The notes: generated from the sequence alone by a model not told the origin. A stretch of 21,098 bases of DNA from Promethearchaeota archaeon (GCA_019894975.1 JAGXNO010000051.1:1-21098), one strand, 5' to 3'. Counted from the first letter of the stretch, positions 1 to 8,987 are shown. Translations and numbers: made by a program.

Positions 1-606
1 AGCTGGATCTTCATCGAAGAATGTAAAGATCCTAAATCTGTCGTAATTTTAATACGAGGCGGTACTGATCTCATTGTTGACGAAGTTGAAAGAGCCATTC
101 ATGATACTCTTTGCGTCATTAGAGACGTTGTAGAAGATGAAAAACTTGTAGGTGGCGGCGGTGCTCCTGAAATCGAGACTGCTATTCAATTACGAAAATA
201 TGCTTCCTCTCTTGGTGGGCGCGAACAACTTGCTGTCGAGGTTTTTGCTGACTCGCTTGATATCATTCCTAAGACCTTAGCTGAAAATGCAGGCGTAGAC
301 CAAATTGATACCCTAATGAAATTAAGAGCCTCTCATCAAAAAGGCAATAAATTCGCTGGTTATGATTTAGACGCAGAAGATGTTGTCGATGATATGAGCG
401 CGATCGGTGTAGTTGAACCAACTGTCGTAAAGATTCAAGCCATAAAAAGCTCGACAGAAGCAACTTCTATGATTTTACGCATAGATGATGTTATCGCTTC
501 CCAACGCAGTGCAATGCCACCTGGCGGTGGTATGCCTCCTGGTGGAATGCCGCCGGGAATGGGTGGTGGTATGGGTGGTATGGGGATGCCTCCGGGCATG
601 ATGTAG
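1..606 (+). CDS. ths: Thermosome subunit (group II chaperonin), 3' part; 5' end lies outside the window
   Basis: Frame 1 is open from base 1: [59 protein letters not shown]...[12 protein letters not shown]...[30 protein letters not shown], then a Gly/Met/Pro-rich tail. These are classic group II chaperonin motifs. The ORF track shows only 316..606. Confidence 0.97.
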   Translation, partial: SWIFIEECKDPKSVVILIRGGTDLIVDEVERAIHDTLCVIRDVVEDEKLVGGGGAPEIETAIQLRKYASSLGGREQLAVEVFADSLDIIPKTLAENAGVDQIDTLMKLRASHQKGNKFAGYDLDAEDVVDDMSAIGVVEPTVVKIQAIKSSTEATSMILRIDDVIASQRSAMPPGGGMPPGGMPPGMGGGMGGMGMPPGMM

Positions 607-618
607 AACAAACAATAT

Positions 619-649
619 TCTTTTTAATTATTTTTTTCTTATTATTTTT
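619..649 (+). terminator. Oligo(T) archaeal-type terminator region
   Basis: Several T runs (TTTTT, TTTTTTT, TTTTT) directly follow the thermosome stop codon. Confidence 0.55.
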
Positions 650-774
650 AAGGAAGCTCATCTTCATTGTTTTTATAATGCAATTCAATATGAGAAAACC
701 TTATTTTTTTTCAATCCGATAAAGATTATAATATATTGAATTTAGTTCAGTATCATAGTTATGGTGAAAAAAAA

Positions 775-1878
775 ATGTCAGATAAAAATCCAAGATATTT
801 GATTGATACTATTCATGCAAAATCATTAGAAGATAATCCTTTAAATAGTCCAGTTAATCGAGATCTTCACATTTATTTACCGCCAGATTACTTTGAAAAT
901 GAAGAAACAAGATTTCCAGTGATTTATTATTTACATGGATATGCGGGGAATAATAAAACTTGGACAGTTACTTCAGAAATGTCTAATGATAAAGCAATGG
1001 ATCGGAAAAACATGCCTCAAGACATTCTAGATCAGATAGATATAGATAATTTAGCTACGTTTGAAAAGATGGACGATCTAATACGAAATGGTGATATTAA
1101 ATCTTTTATCTTGGTACAACCTGATGGTAGCTTACATGTACCTAATATTTTCAATCGAAAAGATTTAAGAGGTAATATTGAACCTAAAGGAAGCTTCTTT
1201 GTGAATTCTCCATATTCAGGTAATTATATGGATTATATTATTAATGACGTTATTAAGTATGTAGATTCAAATTATAGGACAATAAATAGTATAGAACATC
1301 GTGCATTAATGGGAGGTTCTATGGGAGGATATGGGACTTTATATTTAGCTCTTCATCACCCAGAAAAATTTATAGCTGCATCTTCATTAAGTCCTGGAAA
1401 TCCACGAGATATTGAAATATTAGATCTGAAGGTAAGGATACCATTATATACACAAATATTAGGTGAAGAATTAGCTAACCAAATAGCAGATTCCGCATGG
1501 AAGGATATTATAGATTCTTATGATTTGGTTTTTTCGAATGAGAATCGACTCATTCCAACAGTTAAAAGAAATCAAGAGGGAAAAATAACAGATTATAATA
1601 AAGAAGCTCGTGATAATTGGAGAAATCATAATCTTATTTCTGTCATTGAAAAAAAACCCGATGCTTTAAAACAGTTGAATTTACAGCTTAATTGCGAAGC
1701 AACAGACGAATTTGGTCTAGCAGAGGATGCACAACTTATCCATAATAAATTAATAGAATTAGAAATTAATCATGATTATGAACTATACTCTGATCCAAAA
1801 GCAGCACTAACTCCACATATACTTGGAATTGGATATCATATAATTCTTGGAATTAAATATTGCTTAAAATTCATTTAA
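775..1878 (+). CDS. Alpha/beta-hydrolase-fold serine esterase (putative esterase family)
   Basis: IYLPPDY...FPVIYYLHGY, nucleophile elbow GGSMGG, candidate Asp (ATDEF) and His (TPH). ATG at 775 is preceded by a GGTGA SD-like motif at 763-767, so it is preferred over TTG at 736. Confidence 0.88.
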   Translation: MSDKNPRYLIDTIHAKSLEDNPLNSPVNRDLHIYLPPDYFENEETRFPVIYYLHGYAGNNKTWTVTSEMSNDKAMDRKNMPQDILDQIDIDNLATFEKMDDLIRNGDIKSFILVQPDGSLHVPNIFNRKDLRGNIEPKGSFFVNSPYSGNYMDYIINDVIKYVDSNYRTINSIEHRALMGGSMGGYGTLYLALHHPEKFIAASSLSPGNPRDIEILDLKVRIPLYTQILGEELANQIADSAWKDIIDSYDLVFSNENRLIPTVKRNQEGKITDYNKEARDNWRNHNLISVIEKKPDALKQLNLQLNCEATDEFGLAEDAQLIHNKLIELEINHDYELYSDPKAALTPHILGIGYHIILGIKYCLKFI

Positions 1879-2103
1879 TTTAAGAATTTAAATATTTTAA
1901 TGATACTGTTAAGGTTGATTAATTAAAAAATGTTGAAATCCTTGATATACCAAGGTTAAAAAAGTAAATCCAATGTCAGATTTCAATGAAAATTCTATGG
2001 AAAAACAGAATAAGAAACTATAAGAAAAAAAAGAATTTTGTTTACTATTTTTTACTACTCAAAATGTTTTGTACAATTAGTGGATTTATATTCTTATATA
2101 GAA

Positions 2104-2475
2104 TTAGTAGCTTCTTTTTTTACCACCGCTTCGGCCACCACCTCGACCACCACCACCTCGACCACCACCACCTCGACCACCACCACCTCGACCACCACCA
2201 CCTCGACCACCGCCACCACCGCCACCATAAAATGAGCTTTGTTGGGGAGGGGCTTTTTTAGTGACGACAACGTTACTTGCTTGGGGACCTTTTTGACCTT
2301 CTGTTAATTCAAATTCAACTTCATCATTTTCATTTAATGTTTTATATTCATCATCATTTCCAGCTAATGCCGAAAAATGAACAAATACGTCCGTTCCTTC
2401 TTCAGAATTTATAAATCCAAAGCCTTTTCGTCCATTAAACCACTTTACTGTTCCTTTTACCAATTTTATTACCAT
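2104..2475 (-). CDS. csp: Cold-shock domain protein with C-terminal RGG/Gly-rich tail
   Basis: [11 protein letters not shown]1 KGFGFI, RNP2 [24 protein letters not shown], followed by (GGGGR)n and SGGKKRSY. Confidence 0.95.
   Translation of the reverse strand: MVIKLVKGTVKWFNGRKGFGFINSEEGTDVFVHFSALAGNDDEYKTLNENDEVEFELTEGQKGPQASNVVVTKKAPPQQSSFYGGGGGGGRGGGGRGGGGRGGGGRGGGGRGGGRSGGKKRSY
2141..2215. repeat. 15-bp tandem repeat CCTCGACCACCACCA x5 (coding for RGGGG on the minus strand)
   Basis: Four exact copies at 2141-2200 and a fifth with one mismatch at 2201-2215. Confidence 0.95.
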
Positions 2476-2796
2476 ATTTTTAATTTTTTAATAAATAATA
2501 GTTCGAAGAGAACTAATTCTTATAAGACACTCAAGGAAATAAACTTTTCCGAAGCTCATATTTCAAGCACCAGAAGATGGCATTTAGATGTGTGTATCGT
2601 AAAAGAATATAGGAAGTATGTTAGAAGGAGAATAGATCAGTTAATTCATTCTAAAGATTATCGGTCTGAAATTATAGATTTGATATTAAAATTAATTAAT
2701 ACGATAAGAAAGATTGCCAATTCAAGAGCTGCAGTGATTGGTTTTTAGCGAGAATCTGATTATGAATAAATTAAGTAACTGATGATTCGAAAACAT

Positions 2797-3141
2797 CTAA
2801 TCGGATATTTTTTTCTGATTGATTTCCTCAATATCTTTTATGTACCATTTGAATTGCATTGCTCCAAGAATGGACAGGATATTTCCACCACCTACAAGCC
2901 CTCCAATCAAAATAATGATCCATGCAATTCGTATGCTATCTGGTGTCTTAGTAAATAGTGATATAAATACTCCGACGAGGGTGATGATTCCTCCTATTGT
3001 CATAATAATTCGGAATGTTAAGATAAATACACTCCCTAAAATTTCGAACTCAGGATAGATAATCATAAGCATAAATCCAAAAAGAAAAATGGATACAAAT
3101 CCCCCAATCAAACCTAAAATGATTCCGCCAACTCTAGTCAT
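2797..3141 (-). CDS. Small Gly-rich integral membrane protein (3-4 TM), function unknown
   Basis: 114 aa with hydrophobic segments GGIILGLIGGFVSIFLFGFMLMII, IIMTIGGIITLVGVFISLF and IAWIIILIGGLVGGGNILSILG. Confidence 0.75.
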   Translation of the reverse strand: MTRVGGIILGLIGGFVSIFLFGFMLMIIYPEFEILGSVFILTFRIIMTIGGIITLVGVFISLFTKTPDSIRIAWIIILIGGLVGGGNILSILGAMQFKWYIKDIEEINQKKISD

Positions 3142-3263
3142 TTTAATCAGTTCTTAGTAATTAATATATGTAAATAATTGGATCTGTTATCTTTAAGGTT
3201 ATAACGAGATTTAAATATTTTGGAAATCACTGTATTTTCGCATTGATAAGAGTTTTTATCCAG

Positions 3264-3297
3264 TTTGTCCCATTTTTAATGAAAATTGGATTGGAAA
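3264..3297. repeat. Degenerate ~34-bp direct repeat, copy 1 (copy 2 at 3882-3915)
   Basis: TTTGTCCCATTTTTAATGAAAATTGGATTGGAAA versus TTTGTCCCAGTTTCCCATGAAATTGGAATGGAAA. Confidence 0.65.
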
Positions 3298-3430
3298 GGT
3301 AAATTTAGGGTTTGATTTTAATGAAAATTCCTATTAAAAAACTTTACAGTTAGCTATCAATAGGTATGAGTAATAGGAGATTCAATAAGTTGTTTATATT
3401 TTTTGCCGTTATAGTGGTATTGTAAAGATG

Positions 3431-3607
3431 TTATGTGTCATAATCTCCTTCGTTGAATAAATCTTCATTTTCGCCCATTTCCTCATCTTCATCATCTTTT
3501 TTATTCCAGTCTCTGTCTTCTTCTTCAGTATTATCTTCTTCGCGATCTCTACTCATCTCATTCCATTTATCAGCTTGGATTTGTTTCTTACCTTTATTTT
3601 TTTTCAT
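3431..3607 (-). CDS. 58-aa microprotein with basic N-terminus and highly acidic body (not in the ORF track)
   Basis: Manual translation, ATG 3607 to TAA 3431: MKKNKGKKQIQADKWNEMSRDREEDNTEEEDRDWNKKDDEDEEMGENEDLFNEGDYDT. Its GAA/GAT periodicity explains the Ser-rich shadow ORF at 3453..3686(+). Confidence 0.75.
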   Translation of the reverse strand: MKKNKGKKQIQADKWNEMSRDREEDNTEEEDRDWNKKDDEDEEMGENEDLFNEGDYDT

Positions 3608-3881
3608 AATAGTATCTCTTAAGTATTTTTCTTATTTGCATATCAAACATCAATTTATTAACTTAAGTATTTGTGTTGTAAATTAAATTGTTTCTAAAAA
3701 TGCTAATTACTCATATTCAACGATTCTTTTCTCTGGATATAGTCAGATATAATTCTTATCACGAATTTAGAAGTAGAATTGAAGTTCTCCTTATTGGCAT
3801 GATGTTTTGTGTGGGTTTGATTTTTCTCTCATTTATTTTTTCCTCCATTTTAAGAGGCACTAGGCTCGAGCCTTTTTAAAT

Positions 3882-3915
3882 TTTGTCCCAGTTTCCCATG
3901 AAATTGGAATGGAAA
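3882..3915. repeat. Degenerate ~34-bp direct repeat, copy 2; overlaps hairpin GTTTCC(C)AT...ATGGAAAC
   Basis: See copy 1. An internal inverted repeat spans 3891-3916, and the 12-bp perfect palindrome AGGCTCGAGCCT lies nearby at 3862-3873. Confidence 0.6.
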
Positions 3916-3927
3916 CCTATCTTTATG

Positions 3928-4152
3928 TCACTGACTTGCTTGATATGCTTTTTCGGCGTAATCTAATAATGTTTCTTTATCTTTCAATTTATCAGATAAA
4001 AAACCCATAAGGATATAATAAGATACTTGTTCATAATGAGAAAGATCTTTCCTTTCCCCGAAGTCTTTTAAAACTTGAGATGCATCATCAAATCTCCCAT
4101 GTTCAATGGATTCCTTTGCATTAACCAATTCTTTTGGTTCTAAATCAGACAT
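3928..4152 (-). pseudogene. Truncated N-terminal fragment of a TPR-like helical repeat protein
   Basis: EPKELVNAKESIEHGRFDDASQVL...LLDYAEKAYQAS resembles the start of the long TPR proteins common in Lokiarchaeia. It stops after 74 aa, and no TPR-like continuation is seen past the TGA. Confidence 0.55.
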
Positions 4153-4179
4153 TTTTATTCGAAAGCTTATGAAAAATTA

Positions 4180-5082
4180 TTAATCTTTATAAAGTGGGGA
4201 TCCTGCTTTCATAAAACGATTCAAATGACGCATTGAGGCTATTATTTTTCCTGTTTCCTTTTCTTCTAATGTAGAATCAAGCCATAAATATTCTGTCTTC
4301 CCAGAGGATCCAATACAAGCGAATTTCCCTTTAGCTACATACGGAACACCTATGAGTGCAGGTCCGTTTATATTCCGGATTTCGGTCGCACCATAGAACG
4401 GAACAGCTTGATATTCGTCAGTAGCTGTATGCGCAAAGCCAAATGCCATTGCCTCAAACATAGCAGTAGGATATATAATGGCGTTTCCCCATGGAGATTT
4501 CTCCTTTCCCTTATAAAACTCCAATTGATCTGTTATTCTTCTTACTCCATCATTGGCGTCGTCTTGTGAAAGTAAAATCTCTTCAGAAGGAAGCTCATCC
4601 CCAACTTTATGTCTTGCCAAAATACGTAATTCCTCGTGTGGACTATTTCTTAGTTTTGCAGCTTGCAAATATGACGGTTCTTTGGGTGAACCTATCGATA
4701 CTGTTCCAGTCATTATTTGTTGCCCGTTTTTTAATTCAGCCCAGGCATTAACTTGCACATCATTAGTTGTAATAGGTAGCATCTCCTCAGTTGTATCGGA
4801 TGGTAATTCAATGATTGCTCTTACTTCTTCTTCATCGACTGTTGCAAACGTGTAATACATACTAACAGCCCCCTGCTCAAACCAGCGATCACCAAATATT
4901 TTTTGAGCTAAAGGTGCGAACATACTTAAGTGTATAGTTCCTTGTATTGTTCCACCACGCATACCAACACTTTTGGCTACACCATCATCATGAATTGATG
5001 TAGTACTAGCCCTAGCAAGATTTTTTGGTGCTCGCCAACCTCCGAACATTTTTCCTTCTTTAATTTCGATATCATCTGTCAT
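4180..5082 (-). CDS. MaoC/hotdog-fold-like protein (possible double hotdog dehydratase)
   Basis: SIHDDGVAKSVGMRGGTIQG resembles the MaoC hydratase motif (IHxDxxxAxxxGxxxxIxxG). The 300-aa length and SPWGNAIIYP in the second half suggest a second hotdog unit. Confidence 0.6.
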   Translation of the reverse strand: MTDDIEIKEGKMFGGWRAPKNLARASTTSIHDDGVAKSVGMRGGTIQGTIHLSMFAPLAQKIFGDRWFEQGAVSMYYTFATVDEEEVRAIIELPSDTTEEMLPITTNDVQVNAWAELKNGQQIMTGTVSIGSPKEPSYLQAAKLRNSPHEELRILARHKVGDELPSEEILLSQDDANDGVRRITDQLEFYKGKEKSPWGNAIIYPTAMFEAMAFGFAHTATDEYQAVPFYGATEIRNINGPALIGVPYVAKGKFACIGSSGKTEYLWLDSTLEEKETGKIIASMRHLNRFMKAGSPLYKD

Positions 5083-5227
5083 ATTACGTTAACCTATTCT
5101 CATTTAAATTTTAAAATTTGATATTACCTCATATCAATATTAAGTTTAAATCTTAAAAAAATTTTTTAAGAAAGAACTCGCAAATGCTCAAAATTTTTAT
5201 ACAAATCATTGAGCACAAATTAATACT

Positions 5228-6402
5228 TCACTGATTATTTTTACTAACTTCTTCCGCTAGTTTTTTCTTTTTTAAGCTCATTCCAAATAGAAATCGAAGG
5301 ATATTAACCTGTCTAATAATCAAAACTAATGCAATAATAATGGCAAAGGATACAGTGCAAATGATAAGGTATTTCAATATGATGACTAAGCTTGTTTGAA
5401 CTACAAAAAAACCAATAATGACCATTATTGTTTGATGAAGTATATAAAATGGCATGACATTATCATTCAGAAACTTTCTTGATTTATGGTTAAAATTGAG
5501 GTGTTTACTTGCCATTCCAAGAATTAATATTAGCCAGCTCCACATATAAGTAATACCAAGAATCCAAAATAAGAAATAATTATAAAAGATTACTGCTACA
5601 ACCCCTACTAATAATGTCGATATAATCCCTACGATCAAAGCAATTCGCCCATGGTTCTCAATAGATTCTTTGAATTGTCTATCAGAAGCTATGAGAAATC
5701 CTATTATGTAGAAAACTAATAAAGAAAAGAGATTATATCCCCCAAATTCACCAAGAATAGAGAGAGGATTAAATAACTGCAGTAGTATTACAGGAATAAT
5801 TAATAAGTAAAGGGAACCAGGTTCTTGAAAAAGGGTGCCATTTTTGAGATTTTCTCAAGATTTTTTTCTTTTCTAAGGTACACAAACAGATTAACAGTTA
5901 TTAGAGAGAAGAGGAAAAGTAAAATTATAAACCATAAATGAAATCCTGCCCATGGAGAATTTCCTCCATAATCATATAATCCATTAAAATATTGAGGGTA
6001 AAATTCAAAGAAAGAACCAGTGAACTCAGAATGGTTTACTCGATCAAGATAGACCTATATAGGAATTTGAGTAAATATAGCAAATAAGAATGGGATCATG
6101 AGACGAACAAATCTTGCTTTGGTATAAAGCTTGGCATTCGCAAAACCTAAAAAGTAGAATGTAGCCATCCCGGAGATTATGAAGAAAAGAGGCATTTCAA
6201 TACCACCTAGGAAAGTGAAAAAAATTGTTATACCTTCATCCGTTACACCATTTTTAATATGCCACTCCCTCTCATCGAAGAATCTTGAACAATGGTAAAT
6301 AAAAACCAATAAGACTGCAATTATTCTCAACCAATCTATATCATAACGTCTTTCAAAATTGGCTTTTTCCATATTTAAAGTTATTTCATTAGAAGATGCC
6401 AT
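5228..6402 (-). pseudogene. Acyltransferase family 3 (OpgC/MdoC-like), disrupted
   Basis: RRYDIDWLRIIAVLLVFIYH, MPLFFIISG, RFVRLMIPF, HLWF and PFYILHQ motifs. In-frame TAG at 6055-6057, after which the same frame continues VYLDRVNHSEFTGSFFEFYPQYF...KISKMA. A 1-nt frameshift near 5828-5836 then leads into LFQEPGSLYLL...GGYNLF...YIIGFLIASD and joins ORF 5228..5638. Confidence 0.88.
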
Positions 6403-6532
6403 AATTTATCCTGTTTTTTTACATTATTTCACTATCCTAAGCTTAATGTTTAATATTATTTTTCTACTAAAACTATATATATTTTTAGAAAAAAAATGAA
6501 GGTTTCAATGAAAATTACTTAAAAAAATATTA

Positions 6533-8878
6533 TCATGATGAGAAGGAAAATAGTTCCTCAATCTCATCTATAGGTAATCTTGAAATAATAGAATAAGTGG
6601 GAGTTATAATCTGATTTGATAACCTTCTTTTTTCTTCAAGTAGTTTATCAATTTTTTCTTCGATTGTTCCTGTAGCAACAAATTTGTAGACATTTACATT
6701 CTGATCTTGACCAATCCGATAAGCTCTGTCAGTAGCTTGGGATTCCGTGCTAGGATTCCACCACCGATCTACATGTATTACAGTTGTTCCTTGAGTTAAA
6801 TTTAAACCAAAACCGCCAGCTTTTAGGGAAGCAATTAATATTTTTGAACTTACTTCCGTTCTTGATTGAAAATCCTTAACAATCTTATCTCTTTGATTGG
6901 GGCTTAAGCTACCATGATAAAATGATATGATATCACCGAATTTAGCATTAAGTGCCTTTAGTAAAATATCCCCCAATGTTTTATACTGTGAAAACAGAAG
7001 AACTTTTTGATCATTTTCAAGAATGGTCTCAATGATATCAAAAATCCTCGCGATTTTAGGAGATTGTACTAAAAAATCCTTGAGATTTTTATTAAAATCA
7101 TATTTAGCTACATCAACTTTAAGATATTGCAGTGGATGATTGCATAGCTGTTTTAGCTTAGTTAATAGCTTAAGTACAAAACCATTTCGCATTTTTGCAT
7201 TATTATAATTTTCTCTTATATCCTTAATAACCTCATCCACTAATTTTTTATATAGGCTTATTTGGGAATTAGAAAGATTAATATATATTGTAATTTCATT
7301 TTTTTCTGGTAAATCTGTAATTACGTTTTTATCTGTTTTCAAACGTCTTAGTATGAAAGGATCTATAATTTTTTTTAACTTTTTGATTTTTTCAACATTT
7401 TCATGATTTTCAATAGGGTTAACAAATGTTTTCCTGAACGCATTCAATGAACCTAACAATCCTGGATTTAGAAAATGAAAAAGTGACCATAGTTCATCGA
7501 GATGGTTTTCGATAGGTGTTCCACTTAATGCGATTCTAAAACCTCCTGTCAATTGGTAAACAGATTTGGCTCTTTTAGAATTAGAATTTTTAATATTTGT
7601 TGATTCATCAATTATGATACCATTAAATTTTATATCTTTTAGGAAATCTATGTCGTTTCTTATAACTCCATAGGAAGTTAAAATTACTTGATGAGCAATA
7701 AAAAAGTCATTTCTTCTATGCCGGAGATTCTCTCTTTTCGGTCCATAATATTTCAGAACTTTTAATTTCGGTGAAAATCTCCTTATTTCATGTTCCCAGT
7801 TAGTTACTAAGGATTTAGGGCATACAATTAAAATGCTACCTTCATCATCAGGATAATTCTCTAGTCGGTATAAGAGATAAGCTATAATTTGTATAGTCTT
7901 GCCGAGTCCCATATCATCTCCCAAGCATACTCCTAAGTTCATTTCACACAACATCGCTAACCAAGACAGACCCATTTGTTGATAATCCCTAAGTTCACCC
8001 ACGAAACTCTCCGGGGTTTCTATTTGTTTAAAATCTAACTTATTCTTGAAAGATTTTATTTTTGTCCTAAGATCTCCTAAAATTTTAATTTTGTAATCAT
8101 TTCTTAACAATAATTTTGAGTATTTTTCTAGTAACTTTAATTTTATTACCTCTGCTGCTCTTATTTTACCTGAAAATCCATCGCTATCATAAATCCTTTT
8201 TAAAAAATCTAAATCTTCCTTGTTAATGTAAATCCATTTAGTGTTTCTCCATTTTATCAAAGGCTTATCCATTTCCGACAATCTTTTCAATTCGTCTAAT
8301 CCTACAGGTTTTCCGAAAAGGTATATTTCCCACCGGAAATCTACTAGAGATTCCAAACTAAAATCAGAATTACTGTTAAATGATTTTGACTCTATTACTA
8401 ATCGATAAGATAAACCTTTCCCTTGTGTCAGTCTTAATTTGGGAGGGTATTGGACCTTAAATCCAACATATTGGAGTATCTCTATTGGACGATTAAGAAA
8501 TTCAGAAACCTCAAAATAAGTCATCTCAATATTTTGGGGGTATTTATTCTTTAAAGTGCGGTTTAATGGGGGAAATACTTTAGTTGCTAGTTTCATGGAA
8601 TCCAATAGCAAATTTAAAAACTTCTTTTTCTTTAAAAGAATACTCAAAAACTTCTCACGAAATAAATCGCCTTTTTTCCACAAATCTCCCAATGGTGTGA
8701 AAAAATCTTCATTTTGGAATTTTAGATAAAATTTGATTGGCCATCTATTCGATTCTTTTTTAGGTAATTCTATCGAGATATAGAACTCCACTGTTTTATG
8801 AAAGATTGGCTTGAGTTTTGCTTGAAATTTTGGATCAAACTTCCTATTAGTTGACAAATCCTCTATAAACTGATGCAT
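6533..8878 (-). CDS. SNF2-family (SWI2/SNF2) DNA-dependent ATPase, prokaryotic SSO1653-like type
   Basis: LRDYQ, DDMGLGKT (motif I), LIVCPKS, IIDEST (II), LSGTPIEN (III), LRRLK, LKQLCNHP, LLFSQY (IV), SLKAGGFGLNL (V), QATDRAYRIGQ (VI), GTIEEKI. Confidence 0.95.
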   Translation of the reverse strand: MHQFIEDLSTNRKFDPKFQAKLKPIFHKTVEFYISIELPKKESNRWPIKFYLKFQNEDFFTPLGDLWKKGDLFREKFLSILLKKKKFLNLLLDSMKLATKVFPPLNRTLKNKYPQNIEMTYFEVSEFLNRPIEILQYVGFKVQYPPKLRLTQGKGLSYRLVIESKSFNSNSDFSLESLVDFRWEIYLFGKPVGLDELKRLSEMDKPLIKWRNTKWIYINKEDLDFLKRIYDSDGFSGKIRAAEVIKLKLLEKYSKLLLRNDYKIKILGDLRTKIKSFKNKLDFKQIETPESFVGELRDYQQMGLSWLAMLCEMNLGVCLGDDMGLGKTIQIIAYLLYRLENYPDDEGSILIVCPKSLVTNWEHEIRRFSPKLKVLKYYGPKRENLRHRRNDFFIAHQVILTSYGVIRNDIDFLKDIKFNGIIIDESTNIKNSNSKRAKSVYQLTGGFRIALSGTPIENHLDELWSLFHFLNPGLLGSLNAFRKTFVNPIENHENVEKIKKLKKIIDPFILRRLKTDKNVITDLPEKNEITIYINLSNSQISLYKKLVDEVIKDIRENYNNAKMRNGFVLKLLTKLKQLCNHPLQYLKVDVAKYDFNKNLKDFLVQSPKIARIFDIIETILENDQKVLLFSQYKTLGDILLKALNAKFGDIISFYHGSLSPNQRDKIVKDFQSRTEVSSKILIASLKAGGFGLNLTQGTTVIHVDRWWNPSTESQATDRAYRIGQDQNVNVYKFVATGTIEEKIDKLLEEKRRLSNQIITPTYSIISRLPIDEIEELFSFSS

Positions 8879-8987
8879 TCCTCCTTCAAAGTATTAAATG
8901 TTTCTTTCAACTTATTTTTTACCATTTCTCAAAACAAAACACTATATATTTCACAATGAAAAGAAGTTGGCTTCTCAAATTTAATGC

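Noticed and set aside
1986-2261. His-rich ORF (HHHLD)n and overlapping Thr-rich ORF 2038..2235 on the + strand
   Set aside because: Both are antisense shadows of the 15-bp repeat in the csp RGG tail; the minus-strand gene has clear CSD motifs.
2377-2748. 123-aa + strand ORF overlapping the csp start
   Set aside because: It overlaps csp in antisense and has no recognisable features; more likely leader or promoter DNA.
3618-3672. Two copies of CTTAAGTATTT upstream of the microprotein
   Set aside because: These could be tandem TATA-like elements, but an 11-bp AT-rich match is too weak to call without TSS data.
3453-3879. + strand ORFs 3453..3686 (Ser-rich) and 3688..3879
   Set aside because: The first is the antisense shadow of the acidic microprotein. 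The second has a TTG start and no recognisable motif, so it is unsupported, though not strictly excluded.
3891-3916. GTTTCC...GGAAAC element resembling a CRISPR repeat
   Set aside because: There is only one degenerate partner, 618 bp away, with no regular repeat-spacer periodicity and no cas genes.
3928-3930. Possible selenocysteine readthrough of the TGA ending the TPR fragment (Lokiarchaeia use Sec)
   Set aside because: No redox motif context, readthrough adds only a short non-TPR stretch (HKDRFPFQF...SAS) before a TAA, and no convincing SECIS was seen.
6055-6057. Possible pyrrolysine or amber readthrough in the acyltransferase
   Set aside because: The position fits a CAG-to-TAG change, and an independent frameshift lies downstream without a canonical in-frame slippery heptamer, so pseudogenisation is simpler.
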